Of a stretch of DNA of 64,000 nucleotides, positions 21,021-31,023 are shown in pieces. Source of the stretch: Terriglobia bacterium (lineage in GTDB: Bacteria > Acidobacteriota > Terriglobia > 20CM-2-55-15); NCBI GenBank assembly GCA_963664115.2, contig CAXWPJ010000009.1:1056001-1120000 (forward strand). Reading direction: 5' to 3'. Position numbers and translations under genes: made by a program. The stretch's first letter is position 1; each line of letters opens with the position of its first letter. The notes beneath the pieces were generated by a model. That model had not been told where the DNA came from. It searched no databases and was given only the letters and a program-made list of their open reading frames with translations.

Positions 21021-23342
21021 ATGCACTTAACGAAAAGCAAATCTGTAATCGCAATTTTGGCGGTCACGCTGATCGGGATTGCGGGTGTCTGGGCCGGGCT
21101 TGTTCCGGAGTCGGCACCGGGAGTTGTTCCGGAGGCGACCTCGGGAACCGCCGAGAGCGTCGCTCGATTGGTTTCCGTCCAGGAATTCCCCCAACTCGAC
21201 GCCTGCGCATGGGATACCCCTGCCAGCTTCAGTTCGGGTCCGGCGCCATCGTTGAGTTCGGAAAATCTGCTCGGCGCCTTGGAGCAACGGGGGGGCGCTT
21301 CGTTTCTGACGGCTTCCCTGAGGCAACAAGCTCCGGTAATGCAGCAAGGGGGACGCGGGGGACCTGCAGAATTCGATTCCGACAGGCAGGGGACCTCGAC
21401 CCATCTGCGCACGCTGGCGGATACCTATCCCACCTTTACCGCTGTCGGCGTCAATACCAACACCAATGAAGTGATCCTGCAGGACAACAATCTATGGTCC
21501 GCCTACATCTTCAACCGGCTGGATAACACACCGCCGCGCGCGCGATTCAGCGAGCCGAAGCGGATCATCCAGGGGCCTGAGACCGAGATGCAGTTCAACA
21601 ACGGCCTCTACATCGATCCGGTGAACGGGGACATGTATTCGGTCGAATCGGACACGGGCGACAAGATGGTGGTGTTTGCCCAGGACGCCGGGGGTAACGT
21701 CGCGCCCAAGCGCATCCTGAACACACCCCATCGAGTGTACAGCGTTGCCGTCGACGAAGTGAGGGAGGAGCTCTACATCACCGTGGAGTACCCGCCCGAG
21801 GTGGTCGTGTACAACAAGAATGCCGAGGGGGATGAACTGCCGCTGCGGCGCATCGTCGGGGACAACACCCAGCTGGAAACACCCCACGGGATCGCCGTCG
21901 ACTCGAATCTCGGGCTCTTGTACGTGAACAACTGGGGCCATACCACGGATTTTGGAGATTCACGAGGTGGGACGACGGGTTACGAAGATAATGGCAGGAA
22001 TATTTCTCCTGTTGGCGATCCCTCTACGGGCCGGTTCAATCCGACTTCGATCACGATCTATTCGATCGAGGCGAACGGGGACGTGGCACCGATACGTGTG
22101 ATTGAAGGGGACCGGACGCAGTTGAATTGGCCTGGAAACATGACCGTGAACCAGGAGACCGGGGACCTGTATGTTGCCAATGACATGGATCACTCGATCC
22201 TGGTTTTCACAGGGTTGGACACCGCCGACGGCAACGTGGCGCCGACGCGGGTCATCAAGGGTGATCAGACCAAGCTGGTCCACCCGACCGGAGTGGCTGT
22301 GGACACCGTGAACCAGGAGTTGTGGGTGTCCAACCTGGGTAACGCATCGGGGGTGGCGTTTCCGCTCGAGGCCGATGGGAACGTGGCGCCCTTGCGGGTC
22401 GTACGTGCGGCGCCGGAGGAACACCAGTCGTTGATTTTCGGTCGGACCGCGGCGGTGACGTATGACCCCAACCGGGAAGAAATCCTGGTACCGAACTGAG
22501 TGAACCATCCGCAGGTTGCGGCCTTCGCCAGGTTGGCGGAGGAGAACGCGGTTCCGACACGTGTGATTGAAGGTGTGGCTTCACGGCTCGGCCGGACAAT
22601 GCATGATGTGATGTTCGATGCGATTCACGATGAACTCGTCGTGACGAGTCCATTCGCCCAGGCGATTTTGACATTCCGGGGCGATGCGGACGGCGAAGAA
22701 GCCCCCCTGCGCATCATCCAGGGTCCAAATACTCAGATCGTGAGCGAACGGGGTTTGGATAAAGTCACCATCGACCCGGTCAACAACGAGATCCTGATCG
22801 CGACCAACCACGGAGACGATCGAGACCCACTCGGAGCCATTCTGGTATTTCCGCGGGAAGCGGACGGCGATGTCGCTCCGATCCGGGTTCTAAGCGGGCC
22901 CGCCACCCAGTTCGGGGGCGGCCGTCCCTCGATGCGGGTCGACAACAAGAACGACCTGTTGCTCGTCGCTGAGAGTGGCGGTATTTTGATCTTTGATAGA
23001 ACCGCGAGCGGGAATACGCCGCCGGTTGGATGGATTCCAGGACCCAGCGGCAACCAGTTCGACGTCTACAACAATCTGATCATCACGCTGAGGGGCGACT
23101 ACCTCTACGCCTGGGACATCCACACCAGGGGCGAGGGCATCCGTCCGGTCTGGAAGATTTCAACTCCGCTGGGAGCGCGAGCCGCCCAGACGGGACTTGT
23201 TCTGGATCCTGTTCACGAGGAGGTCATCGTCGCGACCGGAGCCGGAAACCAGATTCTGGTGTTTCACGTTCCCGAAATATTCGCGGAACGCAGTGAGGTG
23301 CCACGCGCCTCGACACCATTCCGCTTCTCAGCTGAGGAGTAG
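21021..23342 (+). CDS. Secreted NHL-like beta-propeller protein, probable selenoprotein (in-frame UGA 22497-22499), 773 aa, paralog 3
   Basis: ORFs 21021-22499 and 22500-23342 are in frame; context EILVPN-TGA-VNHPQVAAFARLA; close paralog of copy 2. Confidence 0.82.
22522..22542 (+). promoter_or_regulatory. Putative bacterial SECIS element (paralog 3)
   Basis: CCTTCGCCA-GGT-TGGCGGAGG at the same offset from the UGA. Confidence 0.75.
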
Positions 23343-23448
23343 TTCGGGCGGTTTCGAATCTTTTCGAATATCTTGCCTGCAAAAACAAAAGCGAGGCAAC
23401 TGGCCCGTTTCGGGAGTTGCCTCGCTTCAGGTAAGACGTCGCGACCGT

Positions 23449-24441
23449 CTATGCCGTCGCTAACTTTTCCAGGCCGGATCTCAACAGGCCTTTCGCCATA
23501 TCGATCTTCATCGCGTTGTACTTGAGCGGGGCCGCCCCCGTCAGTGCCGTCGACTGTGCTTCCAGGGCCAACTCCGGGCTCAAGGCTTTCCCTCTCAGAA
23601 AGTCCTCCACCGCACGTTCTCTCCATGGCCTTCCGGCGATCCCGCCGAAGACCACACGCGAGTCCGTGATCGTCTGCCCGTTCATCTCCAGTCCCATCGC
23701 CAGCGACGCCATCGCGAAGTCCCACACCCCACGGGGCCGGATCTTCTCAAACGACGCCCGGAACCCCACCCGTGGCGCCGGCAGCGTCACTTCCGTCAAT
23801 ATCTCGTTGTACCGCACCACATGCGACTGGATCTTCCCATCCACCATCATGTCCCCCGGTACCAACTGTTCCACACTCAACTCCTTCGTCCCCAACGGTC
23901 CCACCAGCTTCACCGTCGCATCAAACGGGATCAGGGCCGGCGCCGCATCCCCCGGATACACCGCGTAGCACAACCGTCCCCCCATCGCCGAGTGGTAATA
24001 GCTGTTGTCTCCGATCGCTCCATGGCAGATGTAGCCCCCGTTGCGATAGCACGCATACCCCCCTCTCAGGTACTGGCACCACACCTCCTGCAACAGGTCC
24101 CCGCCCAACGTCGACGCGTTCCTCAACTCGGGCGAGGAAATCATATTCATCGCTTCTATCAGCATCGGGTACTTCCGCCCCACCAACGCCGAATCCGCAA
24201 TCTCCGACAGCTTCGTCAGCGCCCCGATATCCACGCCCCCCGTCGCATTCTCCCGGATGTAGCTCAGGTTTGGAATTCCCTTCACATCCACCAGATAACT
24301 CGGCGCCTGATCCAAGCGGTTCTTCAAGCGGATCAGCAGGTCCGTCCCCCCCGCATACACCCCCGCTTCCGTTCCATGCAGCGTCAATATCTGGATCGCT
24401 TCATCCATGCTCGTCGGCCGATATATCGATACTTTCTTCAT
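23449..24441 (-). CDS. Xanthine dehydrogenase family FAD-binding subunit with 4Fe-4S Cys insert (PaoB/HcrB-like)
   Basis: AGGTDLL, IGALT and RNASTLGG motifs; Cys insert CQYLR..CYRNGG..C...C; ATGA overlap with the upstream Mo subunit. Confidence 0.9.
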   Translation of the reverse strand: MKKVSIYRPTSMDEAIQILTLHGTEAGVYAGGTDLLIRLKNRLDQAPSYLVDVKGIPNLSYIRENATGGVDIGALTKLSEIADSALVGRKYPMLIEAMNMISSPELRNASTLGGDLLQEVWCQYLRGGYACYRNGGYICHGAIGDNSYYHSAMGGRLCYAVYPGDAAPALIPFDATVKLVGPLGTKELSVEQLVPGDMMVDGKIQSHVVRYNEILTEVTLPAPRVGFRASFEKIRPRGVWDFAMASLAMGLEMNGQTITDSRVVFGGIAGRPWRERAVEDFLRGKALSPELALEAQSTALTGAAPLKYNAMKIDMAKGLLRSGLEKLATA

Positions 24442-26954
24442 GCCCCCGCCTCCCTCTCTTTCAATCCCGCCATGATCTTGTCCCGCGTGATCGGATGCTC
24501 CCGGATTCGAACCCCGCACGCGTTGTAGATGGCATTCGCAATGGCACCGGGGACGGCCCCGATGGAGGTTTCGGCAAACCCTTTCGTCCCATAGAACCAA
24601 CGCGGCTCCAGACTGTTGACGAATACCTGCGTTGCGTCGGGAACATCCATTATCGTGGGCAATCGGTAGGACAGATAGCCGACGCTGTAGTGACGGATGC
24701 CGGGTAACTCGCGATCGGATGGAATCGCGTCCGTCGTCATCTGGAAGCTCTGGATCAGGGATCCAGTCATGTCGCCTTCCGCAACCAGGGGGTTGATGAC
24801 CTGCCCGGAATCATGGCAATAGGCCGATCTCACGAAATGCCAGTCGCCCGTCCAGGTGTCGACCTCGACCTCGGCAAAGCAAGCGCCGATGCCCCGGTTC
24901 ATGGCGCGTCCAATCGAACCGGGATGCACCGCCTGGCCCGGGAAGCTGATGACGCCGCTGTTCGCTCTGGCCAGCGCCGCGAATGTCGTCTGATTTTGAG
25001 GGTTGGCTTGCGAGGAGATTACGCCATCCCGGATCTCCAGCTCGGCGACATCCACCCCCAACGCCGCCCCCGCGCGCTGGAGAAGATCGTTCCGGAGCTT
25101 TTCGGCGGCAGCGTTCAAGGCCCCACCTTGCAACTGGGTCGTGAGACCGCTATTCCATCCTGGAGCAGAGGGCGCGAGGTCCGTGTCCCCCCAGATCGCC
25201 CGGATGTGATCCAGGCTCGTGAATCCCAGAATCTCCGCCACCAGGGCCGCCATCGAGGTGGCGTGGTTCGTCCCGCTATCGGGCTGGGCGAAGTGCAGGT
25301 AAATGTTGCCGTCGTCTCTCAGCTCCAGCTCCGCGTTGAAGGGAGCGCCGCCACCACCACCACCGCCGAAACCACCGTCGCTCAGGGCGATCTCCGCCAT
25401 GATTCTTTCGAAACCGACCTCCCCTTCGCGGTAACCCACACGTCCGGCATGGTGTTGCGAATTCGCCACGCCAAAGCCTCTCTTGAACCGGCCGGGGTTG
25501 CCTCCGGGTATGGGATTTCTCTGATCCCATCCGATAGTCTTCGCGCCTTCTTCCAGCACCTCCACCGACGCATACGAATCGTATGTGAGCGTATCGTTCT
25601 CGCTCTCGGGCATTTCGCTTACGGTCGGGCCGCCCGATTCATGCGTAACCTGAGTTCCGGGCTTTTGAATGTTGAGAAGCCGGAACTCGACGGGATCCAT
25701 CCCCACCGCTTCCGCCATTTCGTCCATCATGCTTTCCCAGGCGAACTTGAACTCCTGCTGCGCGTTGCTCCGGGACGGACCGATCAACTGCGAGTTCGTC
25801 GTGTAGTTGTACGCTATTTCTCTCCAGTTCGGGATAACGTGCAGGTAGAGTTCAGAACGCCCTCCACCGCGTCCTCCGCCGCCACCGCCACCGGCACCGA
25901 CCGCAACGTGGACTTCCCTCTGGCAGACCGTGATGCGCCCGTCGCTTGTGGCTCCAACCTTAAAATGGGTCAGGCTTTCCGGTTTCACCGACATCTGTCC
26001 CAATTCCTGGTCCTTGGGGAGCGAAATCTTCATCGGTCGACCTGTCATCTTGGCGATATGGGAGATGAAGACCTGGAACCTCACCGACCCGGTGTCGGGA
26101 CCAAAAGTGCCGCCGTTCCATTTGTTGATGAATCGAATATTGGATTCATCGATGCCCAATCCACGAGCTAGAGACTGTCGATGCGGGTAGATTCTCTGCC
26201 CCATCGCATAGAACGTCAGCTGATCACCGTCCCACTTGGCGACACAACTGGCAGGCTGCATCGGAATTGGCCGCGCGCCTCCGAAATAATAGGTGAACTC
26301 CCGAACGACATCCGCCGCTTCGAACGCGCCATCGACATCACCGAATTCGATGTTCGTCTGGTTGACGTTCTCCCGGTCCGGCCGGGTTTGAGGCGCATTC
26401 GGCATCATGACCTGATCGAGCGTCGCCGCGAAGGGAAGCCTTTCATACTCGACATCGATGGCCGCAACCCCATCCTCGGCCAGATCCTCGGTCTCAGCCG
26501 CGACGATGGCGACGATTTCTCCTGCATAGCGGAGTTCTTCCGACATCGGGAAGTTGGCCGGCGCGTTCTGGGCCGTGAGGATATAGGCCACGCCCGGCAT
26601 ACGCTCCGCCGCTGAAACATCCAGCCTCACGATTCGAGCTCTAGGGTGGGGGTTCACGAGGAGCTTCCCATAGAGCAGGTCGGGGAACCACACGCGTGTG
26701 GCGTACTGGGCGGTGCCCGTATGTCGCGGTATCGCGACCTCGGGCAACGGGGCATTCGATTTGCCGACGACGTTGAGATCGACAGGTGGGTAGCCCTGCC
26801 ATTTCTGCGTGACGATCTGATCGTCGCCTTCGACGAGTGTGTCTTCGGGACCGTGACCGCCTCCGGTGGAGTAATCGCGCACCATCGGTTGGTTGATCAC
26901 GATCGAATCGTGCGCTGTCGGCACGATCTTCGGTATACCGTTTTCCTGACTCAT
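24438..26954 (-). CDS. Xanthine dehydrogenase family molybdopterin-binding subunit (copy 1)
   Basis: TGTAQY, PHPRARI, ESMMDEMAEAVGMDPVEFRLLN, FAEVEVD..TG, HDSG..INP, KGFAET and AIANAIYNACGVRIREHPIT motifs. Confidence 0.92.
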   Translation of the reverse strand: MSQENGIPKIVPTAHDSIVINQPMVRDYSTGGGHGPEDTLVEGDDQIVTQKWQGYPPVDLNVVGKSNAPLPEVAIPRHTGTAQYATRVWFPDLLYGKLLVNPHPRARIVRLDVSAAERMPGVAYILTAQNAPANFPMSEELRYAGEIVAIVAAETEDLAEDGVAAIDVEYERLPFAATLDQVMMPNAPQTRPDRENVNQTNIEFGDVDGAFEAADVVREFTYYFGGARPIPMQPASCVAKWDGDQLTFYAMGQRIYPHRQSLARGLGIDESNIRFINKWNGGTFGPDTGSVRFQVFISHIAKMTGRPMKISLPKDQELGQMSVKPESLTHFKVGATSDGRITVCQREVHVAVGAGGGGGGGRGGGRSELYLHVIPNWREIAYNYTTNSQLIGPSRSNAQQEFKFAWESMMDEMAEAVGMDPVEFRLLNIQKPGTQVTHESGGPTVSEMPESENDTLTYDSYASVEVLEEGAKTIGWDQRNPIPGGNPGRFKRGFGVANSQHHAGRVGYREGEVGFERIMAEIALSDGGFGGGGGGGAPFNAELELRDDGNIYLHFAQPDSGTNHATSMAALVAEILGFTSLDHIRAIWGDTDLAPSAPGWNSGLTTQLQGGALNAAAEKLRNDLLQRAGAALGVDVAELEIRDGVISSQANPQNQTTFAALARANSGVISFPGQAVHPGSIGRAMNRGIGACFAEVEVDTWTGDWHFVRSAYCHDSGQVINPLVAEGDMTGSLIQSFQMTTDAIPSDRELPGIRHYSVGYLSYRLPTIMDVPDATQVFVNSLEPRWFYGTKGFAETSIGAVPGAIANAIYNACGVRIREHPITRDKIMAGLKEREAGA

Positions 26955-27568
26955 AGTTCCGCCTCCCCGCGCATGACTTTACCCGCATCCACCACCGTCC
27001 GTATGATCGCCGGGTAGGCCGCGCACCGGCAGATATGCCCCGACAGCGCCATCTTGACTTCGTCCACGGTCGGGTCCGGGTTCTCGTCGAGCAGTCCCTT
27101 CGCCGTCACTTCCCATCCCGGTGTACAGAATCCGCAGTCGGCCGCCACGTACCGGTGGCCCACCGCCTGGATGGGATGCAGATTGTCTGCGTCACCCAGG
27201 CCTTCCACCGTGAATATGTCTTTCTCCCTCGCCTCCGTCGCCAGGGTGTGACAGGAGTAGTAGGGCGTCCCCTCGATCAGCACGCTGCAGGCTCCACAGC
27301 TCGCCCGGTTGCAGCTCCGGTTCGTCCCCGTCAGCGCCAGCTTCATCGCGATCACTTCCCACAACGTCGTCCGGGCCTCGTATTCAGCCTGGTAGGTGGC
27401 TCCATTGATTATGAATGTACCGATCTCCACCGTCATCGGTGCGGGAATACCTGACGCCATCTGAGCCGAAGCCGCGGAACCGGCGACCGAGCGGTAACCG
27501 CCCACCGTCGTCAGTACGACCGCGCCTGAGCCGGCCGCCTTCAGAAAATGTCTCCGGGAATACTTCAT
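26951..27568 (-). CDS. Tat-exported (2Fe-2S)-binding subunit (PaoA-like)
   Basis: SRRHFLK twin-arginine signal; CNRASCGACSV...C, CGFCTPG and ICRC motifs. Confidence 0.93.
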   Translation of the reverse strand: MKYSRRHFLKAAGSGAVVLTTVGGYRSVAGSAASAQMASGIPAPMTVEIGTFIINGATYQAEYEARTTLWEVIAMKLALTGTNRSCNRASCGACSVLIEGTPYYSCHTLATEAREKDIFTVEGLGDADNLHPIQAVGHRYVAADCGFCTPGWEVTAKGLLDENPDPTVDEVKMALSGHICRCAAYPAIIRTVVDAGKVMRGEAEL

Positions 27569-27728
27569 ATCTCAAACCTCCATCAGTGCTAGGGAATCTG
27601 CAACATATTCCTTAGGGAACCCGGACCGGGAACCGGGATCGTTGACATAACGAATCGGCGTTAACGGTCCAAAAATCTGAAATAATTGTCTACAAATATC
27701 GCTTCAAAAAACTCCGTGCAAGCCACAA

Positions 27729-28385
27729 TCAACTCCGGTCGGACACCTTGGCGTTTTCAGCGACAAGCCGGATGAAATCGGGCAGTTCGTGTAGCGAGAC
27801 GATGCCCCCCGTGGGCCCGTGCATCGCCAATCTTCGGCCCTCGTCATAGTCATTGATCATCAGGATAGAGTTCGCACCGGCGTCGGTTGCGGTCTTCAGG
27901 CCCTCTTCAGTGTCCGCGAGAGATATCACGTTTCGAGGATCAAAGGATGCACCCTCCATCGCGCGAGCAAGCGGCACGGTCTTGACACCGCCGGCGTTGT
28001 CCCGGTTCCACACCGCCGAGAAGGAACCGGCAAGCGAGAACTTCTCCACGAAGTGCGCCACCGCCGGGCCAGACAGCGAAGAGGCAATCAAAGTCCTCAC
28101 ACCCATCTTGTTGCATTCGGAGAGCGAGGGAACGACGTCCTCGTACAGTTCCACGCGATCGATCGCTTGAATTTCCAGGCCTTCCACGAACTCCTTCTCC
28201 GGAGAACTCAACTCCATGTCCATCTTCTGCATCCAGTCGAGCACGTTCCAATACGCTTCGCTCCCGGATCTGTTCGCCGGCGTCGCCTGGCCGGACAACT
28301 TCAATGCGATTTCATTGAATTCTTCTCCCGGAAATTCAGCGAGGCAACCTACGGGCTCGAATAAAATACAGTTAACTATCTGCAT
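27729..28385 (-). CDS. HAD-like hydrolase fold protein with degenerate motif I
   Basis: ILFEPVGCL in place of FDxDGTL; HAD-like LYEDV..SL, ASS and ADT..G...A..AG segments. Confidence 0.65.
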   Translation of the reverse strand: MQIVNCILFEPVGCLAEFPGEEFNEIALKLSGQATPANRSGSEAYWNVLDWMQKMDMELSSPEKEFVEGLEIQAIDRVELYEDVVPSLSECNKMGVRTLIASSLSGPAVAHFVEKFSLAGSFSAVWNRDNAGGVKTVPLARAMEGASFDPRNVISLADTEEGLKTATDAGANSILMINDYDEGRRLAMHGPTGGIVSLHELPDFIRLVAENAKVSDRS

Positions 28386-28473
28386 CGATACTAGGGTTCC
28401 TCCCGGTGAAAATGTGGATATCGGTACGCCTATGCCGCAGCCGGTCCCTTCAACTTTCGGAACGAAACTCCCG

Positions 28474-31023
28474 TCACGCCCGCACTTCGTTTGCCTTCAA
28501 CCCAGCCATGATCTTTTCCCGCGTGATCGGATGCTCCCGGATTCGGACGCCGCACGCATTGTAAATCGCGTTGGCCAGCGCACCGGGCACGGACCCGATG
28601 GCGGTTTCGGCAAAACCCTTCGAACCATAGAACCAACGCGGCTCCAGGCTGTTCACGAACACCTGCGTCGCCTCGGGAACGTCCATAATCGTGGGCAGTC
28701 GGTATGATAGGAACCCGACACTGTAATGACGGACTCCCGGCAACTCCCGGTCCCTCGGAATGGAATCGGTCGACATCTGGAAACTCTGGATCAGGGACCC
28801 TTCCATATCGGCTTCGCCCAGCAGTGGGTTGATGATGAAGCCCGAATCGTGGCAATAGGCCGCGTTCAGGAAATGCCAGTCGCCCGTCCACGTGTCCACC
28901 TCGACTTCCGCGAAGCACGCCGCAATGCCCCGGTTCAGGGCGCGTCCGATCGATCCCGGATGGATGCACTGGCCCCGATGGGTGATGACACCGTCGGCGG
29001 TTCGAGCCAGTTCCGCAAAGGTCGTCTGGTTTCGTGAGTTGTCCCGTGCGGAGATGACGCCGTCCCGAATATCGAGTCCTGCCGCGTCGACGCTCAAACG
29101 GACCGCTGCGCGTTCCAGAAGGTCCTGCCGGAGCTTAATAATCGCGCTGCAAATGGCACCGCCCTGCAATTGGGTCGTCATGCCGCTGTTCCAACGCGGA
29201 CCCATCGGCGCTGTCTCGGAATCGCCCCATGTCGCCCGAATCTGCTCCAGGCTTGTGAACCCCAGGATTTCCGCAGCCAGGGCCGCCATTGCGGTGCCGT
29301 GGTTAGTGCCGCTGTCGGGATTGGTGAAGTAGAGAAGAATCGTGCCGTCCGGATTCAGGTCCACGCGCGCATCGAAGGGCACACCGCCACCGCCACCGCC
29401 ACTGAAGGGAGTCGTCCCTGCGCTTTGCGCCATGCGGATCTCGAAGCCGCGCTCGCCATCGCGATAACCCACGCGCCCGGCGTGGTGTTGCGACATCGCC
29501 AAGCCAATCCCGCGCTTAAACCGTCCGGGATTACCCCCGGGCACTGGATTGCGCTGATCCCACCCAATGACGCGGGCGCCTTCCTCAAGGACTTCGACCG
29601 ATGCATATGAATCGTAGGTGAGTGTCTCGTTTTCGCTCTCGGGCATCGGACTGATCGTGGGACCGCCCGAACGGTGTGTGATCGTCGTGCCGGGCTTTTG
29701 GACGTTCATCAGCCGGAACTCGACGGGATCCATCCCGACCGCTTCGGCCATTTCATCCATCATACTTTCCCAGGCGAACTTGAATTCCTGCTGCTCGTTG
29801 CTCCGCGAGGCGCCAATCCGCTGGGTATTCGTCATGTAGTTGTAGCCAATTTCCCTCCAGTTGGGGACCACGTGCAGGTAGAGCTCGGACCGGCCGCCAC
29901 CCGCGCCACCACCGCCCCCACCGCTGCTGCCTCGGCTCATGTAAAATGTCCGTTCGCTGGCGATGATCTTGCCGTCTCGATTCGCGCCTACTTTGAATCT
30001 CGTCAATGTTTCGGGCTTGACCGAGATTTGGCCCAGCTCCTGGTCCTTTGGAAGCGAGATCTTGGTGGGACGTCCCGTCATCTTGGCGATGTACGCAATC
30101 CAAACCTGGAACCTGCCGGATCCGGTGTCGGGACCAAAGGTGCCGCCGTTCCATTTGTTAATGAATCGAATGTTCGACTCATCGATGCCCAGCCCACGGG
30201 ATAACTCCCGCCGGTACTGAAAGATTCCCTGGCCCATGCCCCAGAAAGTCAGCCGGTCGCCGTCCCAATTGGCCACACAGCTGGCGGGCTGCAACGGAAT
30301 GGGGCGCGCGCCGCCGAAGTAATATGTGAACTCCCGGACGATATCGGCCTCTTCGAACGCCTGGTCGACGTCGCCATATTCGAGCACCCGGGTCGCATCG
30401 GGATCGTATCCCTCCTGATCCGGACGCAAGTGCCTCAGGTTCCCCGCTGGATTGATGAGCGGCGCATCCGATGCCATGACCTGCTCGAGAGTGGATGCAG
30501 ACGGAAGCACCTCGTAGTCCACCTCGATCGCCGCCGCCGCGTCCTCGGCCAGATCTTCGGTGTCCGCAGCCACAAAGGCGACGGTTTCGCCCACGTGATT
30601 CAGTTCTACAGGGAAGGGATGGGTGCTTGGGGCGTTCCCGGCGGTGAGGATGTACCGCACTCCCGGCATCCGTTCCGCCCGTGAAACGTCTATGCGGCCG
30701 ACGCGCGCTCGCGGATGCGGGCTTTGGACCATCTTCACGTAGAGCATATCGGGCAGCATGACCCGAGTGGCATAGAGCGCTGTTCCCGTATACCGGGGGA
30801 TCGCGATTTCCGGCAGCGGCGCAAACGGTTTGCCAACGACGTTGAGATTCACCGGCGGATAGCCCTGCCACTTCGGGGTGACGATCTGCTCGTCGCCTTC
30901 GATGAGCGTGTCTTCTGGACCGTGCCCCCCGCCGGTGGCATAATCCCGCTCCATCGGTTGGTTGATTATGATCGAATGGCTAGGTGTTGCCTCGATCTTG
31001 GGCTTGCCGTTTTCCTGACTCAT
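28474..31023 (-). CDS. Xanthine dehydrogenase family molybdopterin-binding subunit (copy 2)
   Basis: Full-length paralog of 24438-26954 with the same MSQENG start and the same motifs. Confidence 0.92.
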   Translation of the reverse strand: MSQENGKPKIEATPSHSIIINQPMERDYATGGGHGPEDTLIEGDEQIVTPKWQGYPPVNLNVVGKPFAPLPEIAIPRYTGTALYATRVMLPDMLYVKMVQSPHPRARVGRIDVSRAERMPGVRYILTAGNAPSTHPFPVELNHVGETVAFVAADTEDLAEDAAAAIEVDYEVLPSASTLEQVMASDAPLINPAGNLRHLRPDQEGYDPDATRVLEYGDVDQAFEEADIVREFTYYFGGARPIPLQPASCVANWDGDRLTFWGMGQGIFQYRRELSRGLGIDESNIRFINKWNGGTFGPDTGSGRFQVWIAYIAKMTGRPTKISLPKDQELGQISVKPETLTRFKVGANRDGKIIASERTFYMSRGSSGGGGGGAGGGRSELYLHVVPNWREIGYNYMTNTQRIGASRSNEQQEFKFAWESMMDEMAEAVGMDPVEFRLMNVQKPGTTITHRSGGPTISPMPESENETLTYDSYASVEVLEEGARVIGWDQRNPVPGGNPGRFKRGIGLAMSQHHAGRVGYRDGERGFEIRMAQSAGTTPFSGGGGGGVPFDARVDLNPDGTILLYFTNPDSGTNHGTAMAALAAEILGFTSLEQIRATWGDSETAPMGPRWNSGMTTQLQGGAICSAIIKLRQDLLERAAVRLSVDAAGLDIRDGVISARDNSRNQTTFAELARTADGVITHRGQCIHPGSIGRALNRGIAACFAEVEVDTWTGDWHFLNAAYCHDSGFIINPLLGEADMEGSLIQSFQMSTDSIPRDRELPGVRHYSVGFLSYRLPTIMDVPEATQVFVNSLEPRWFYGSKGFAETAIGSVPGALANAIYNACGVRIREHPITREKIMAGLKANEVRA

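Noticed and set aside
1980-22502. Reading the TGA-GTG junctions as two translationally coupled genes
   Set aside because: Disfavoured but not excluded. The break is mid-repeat, the second part has no RBS or signal peptide, the stop is always TGA and a covarying hairpin follows.
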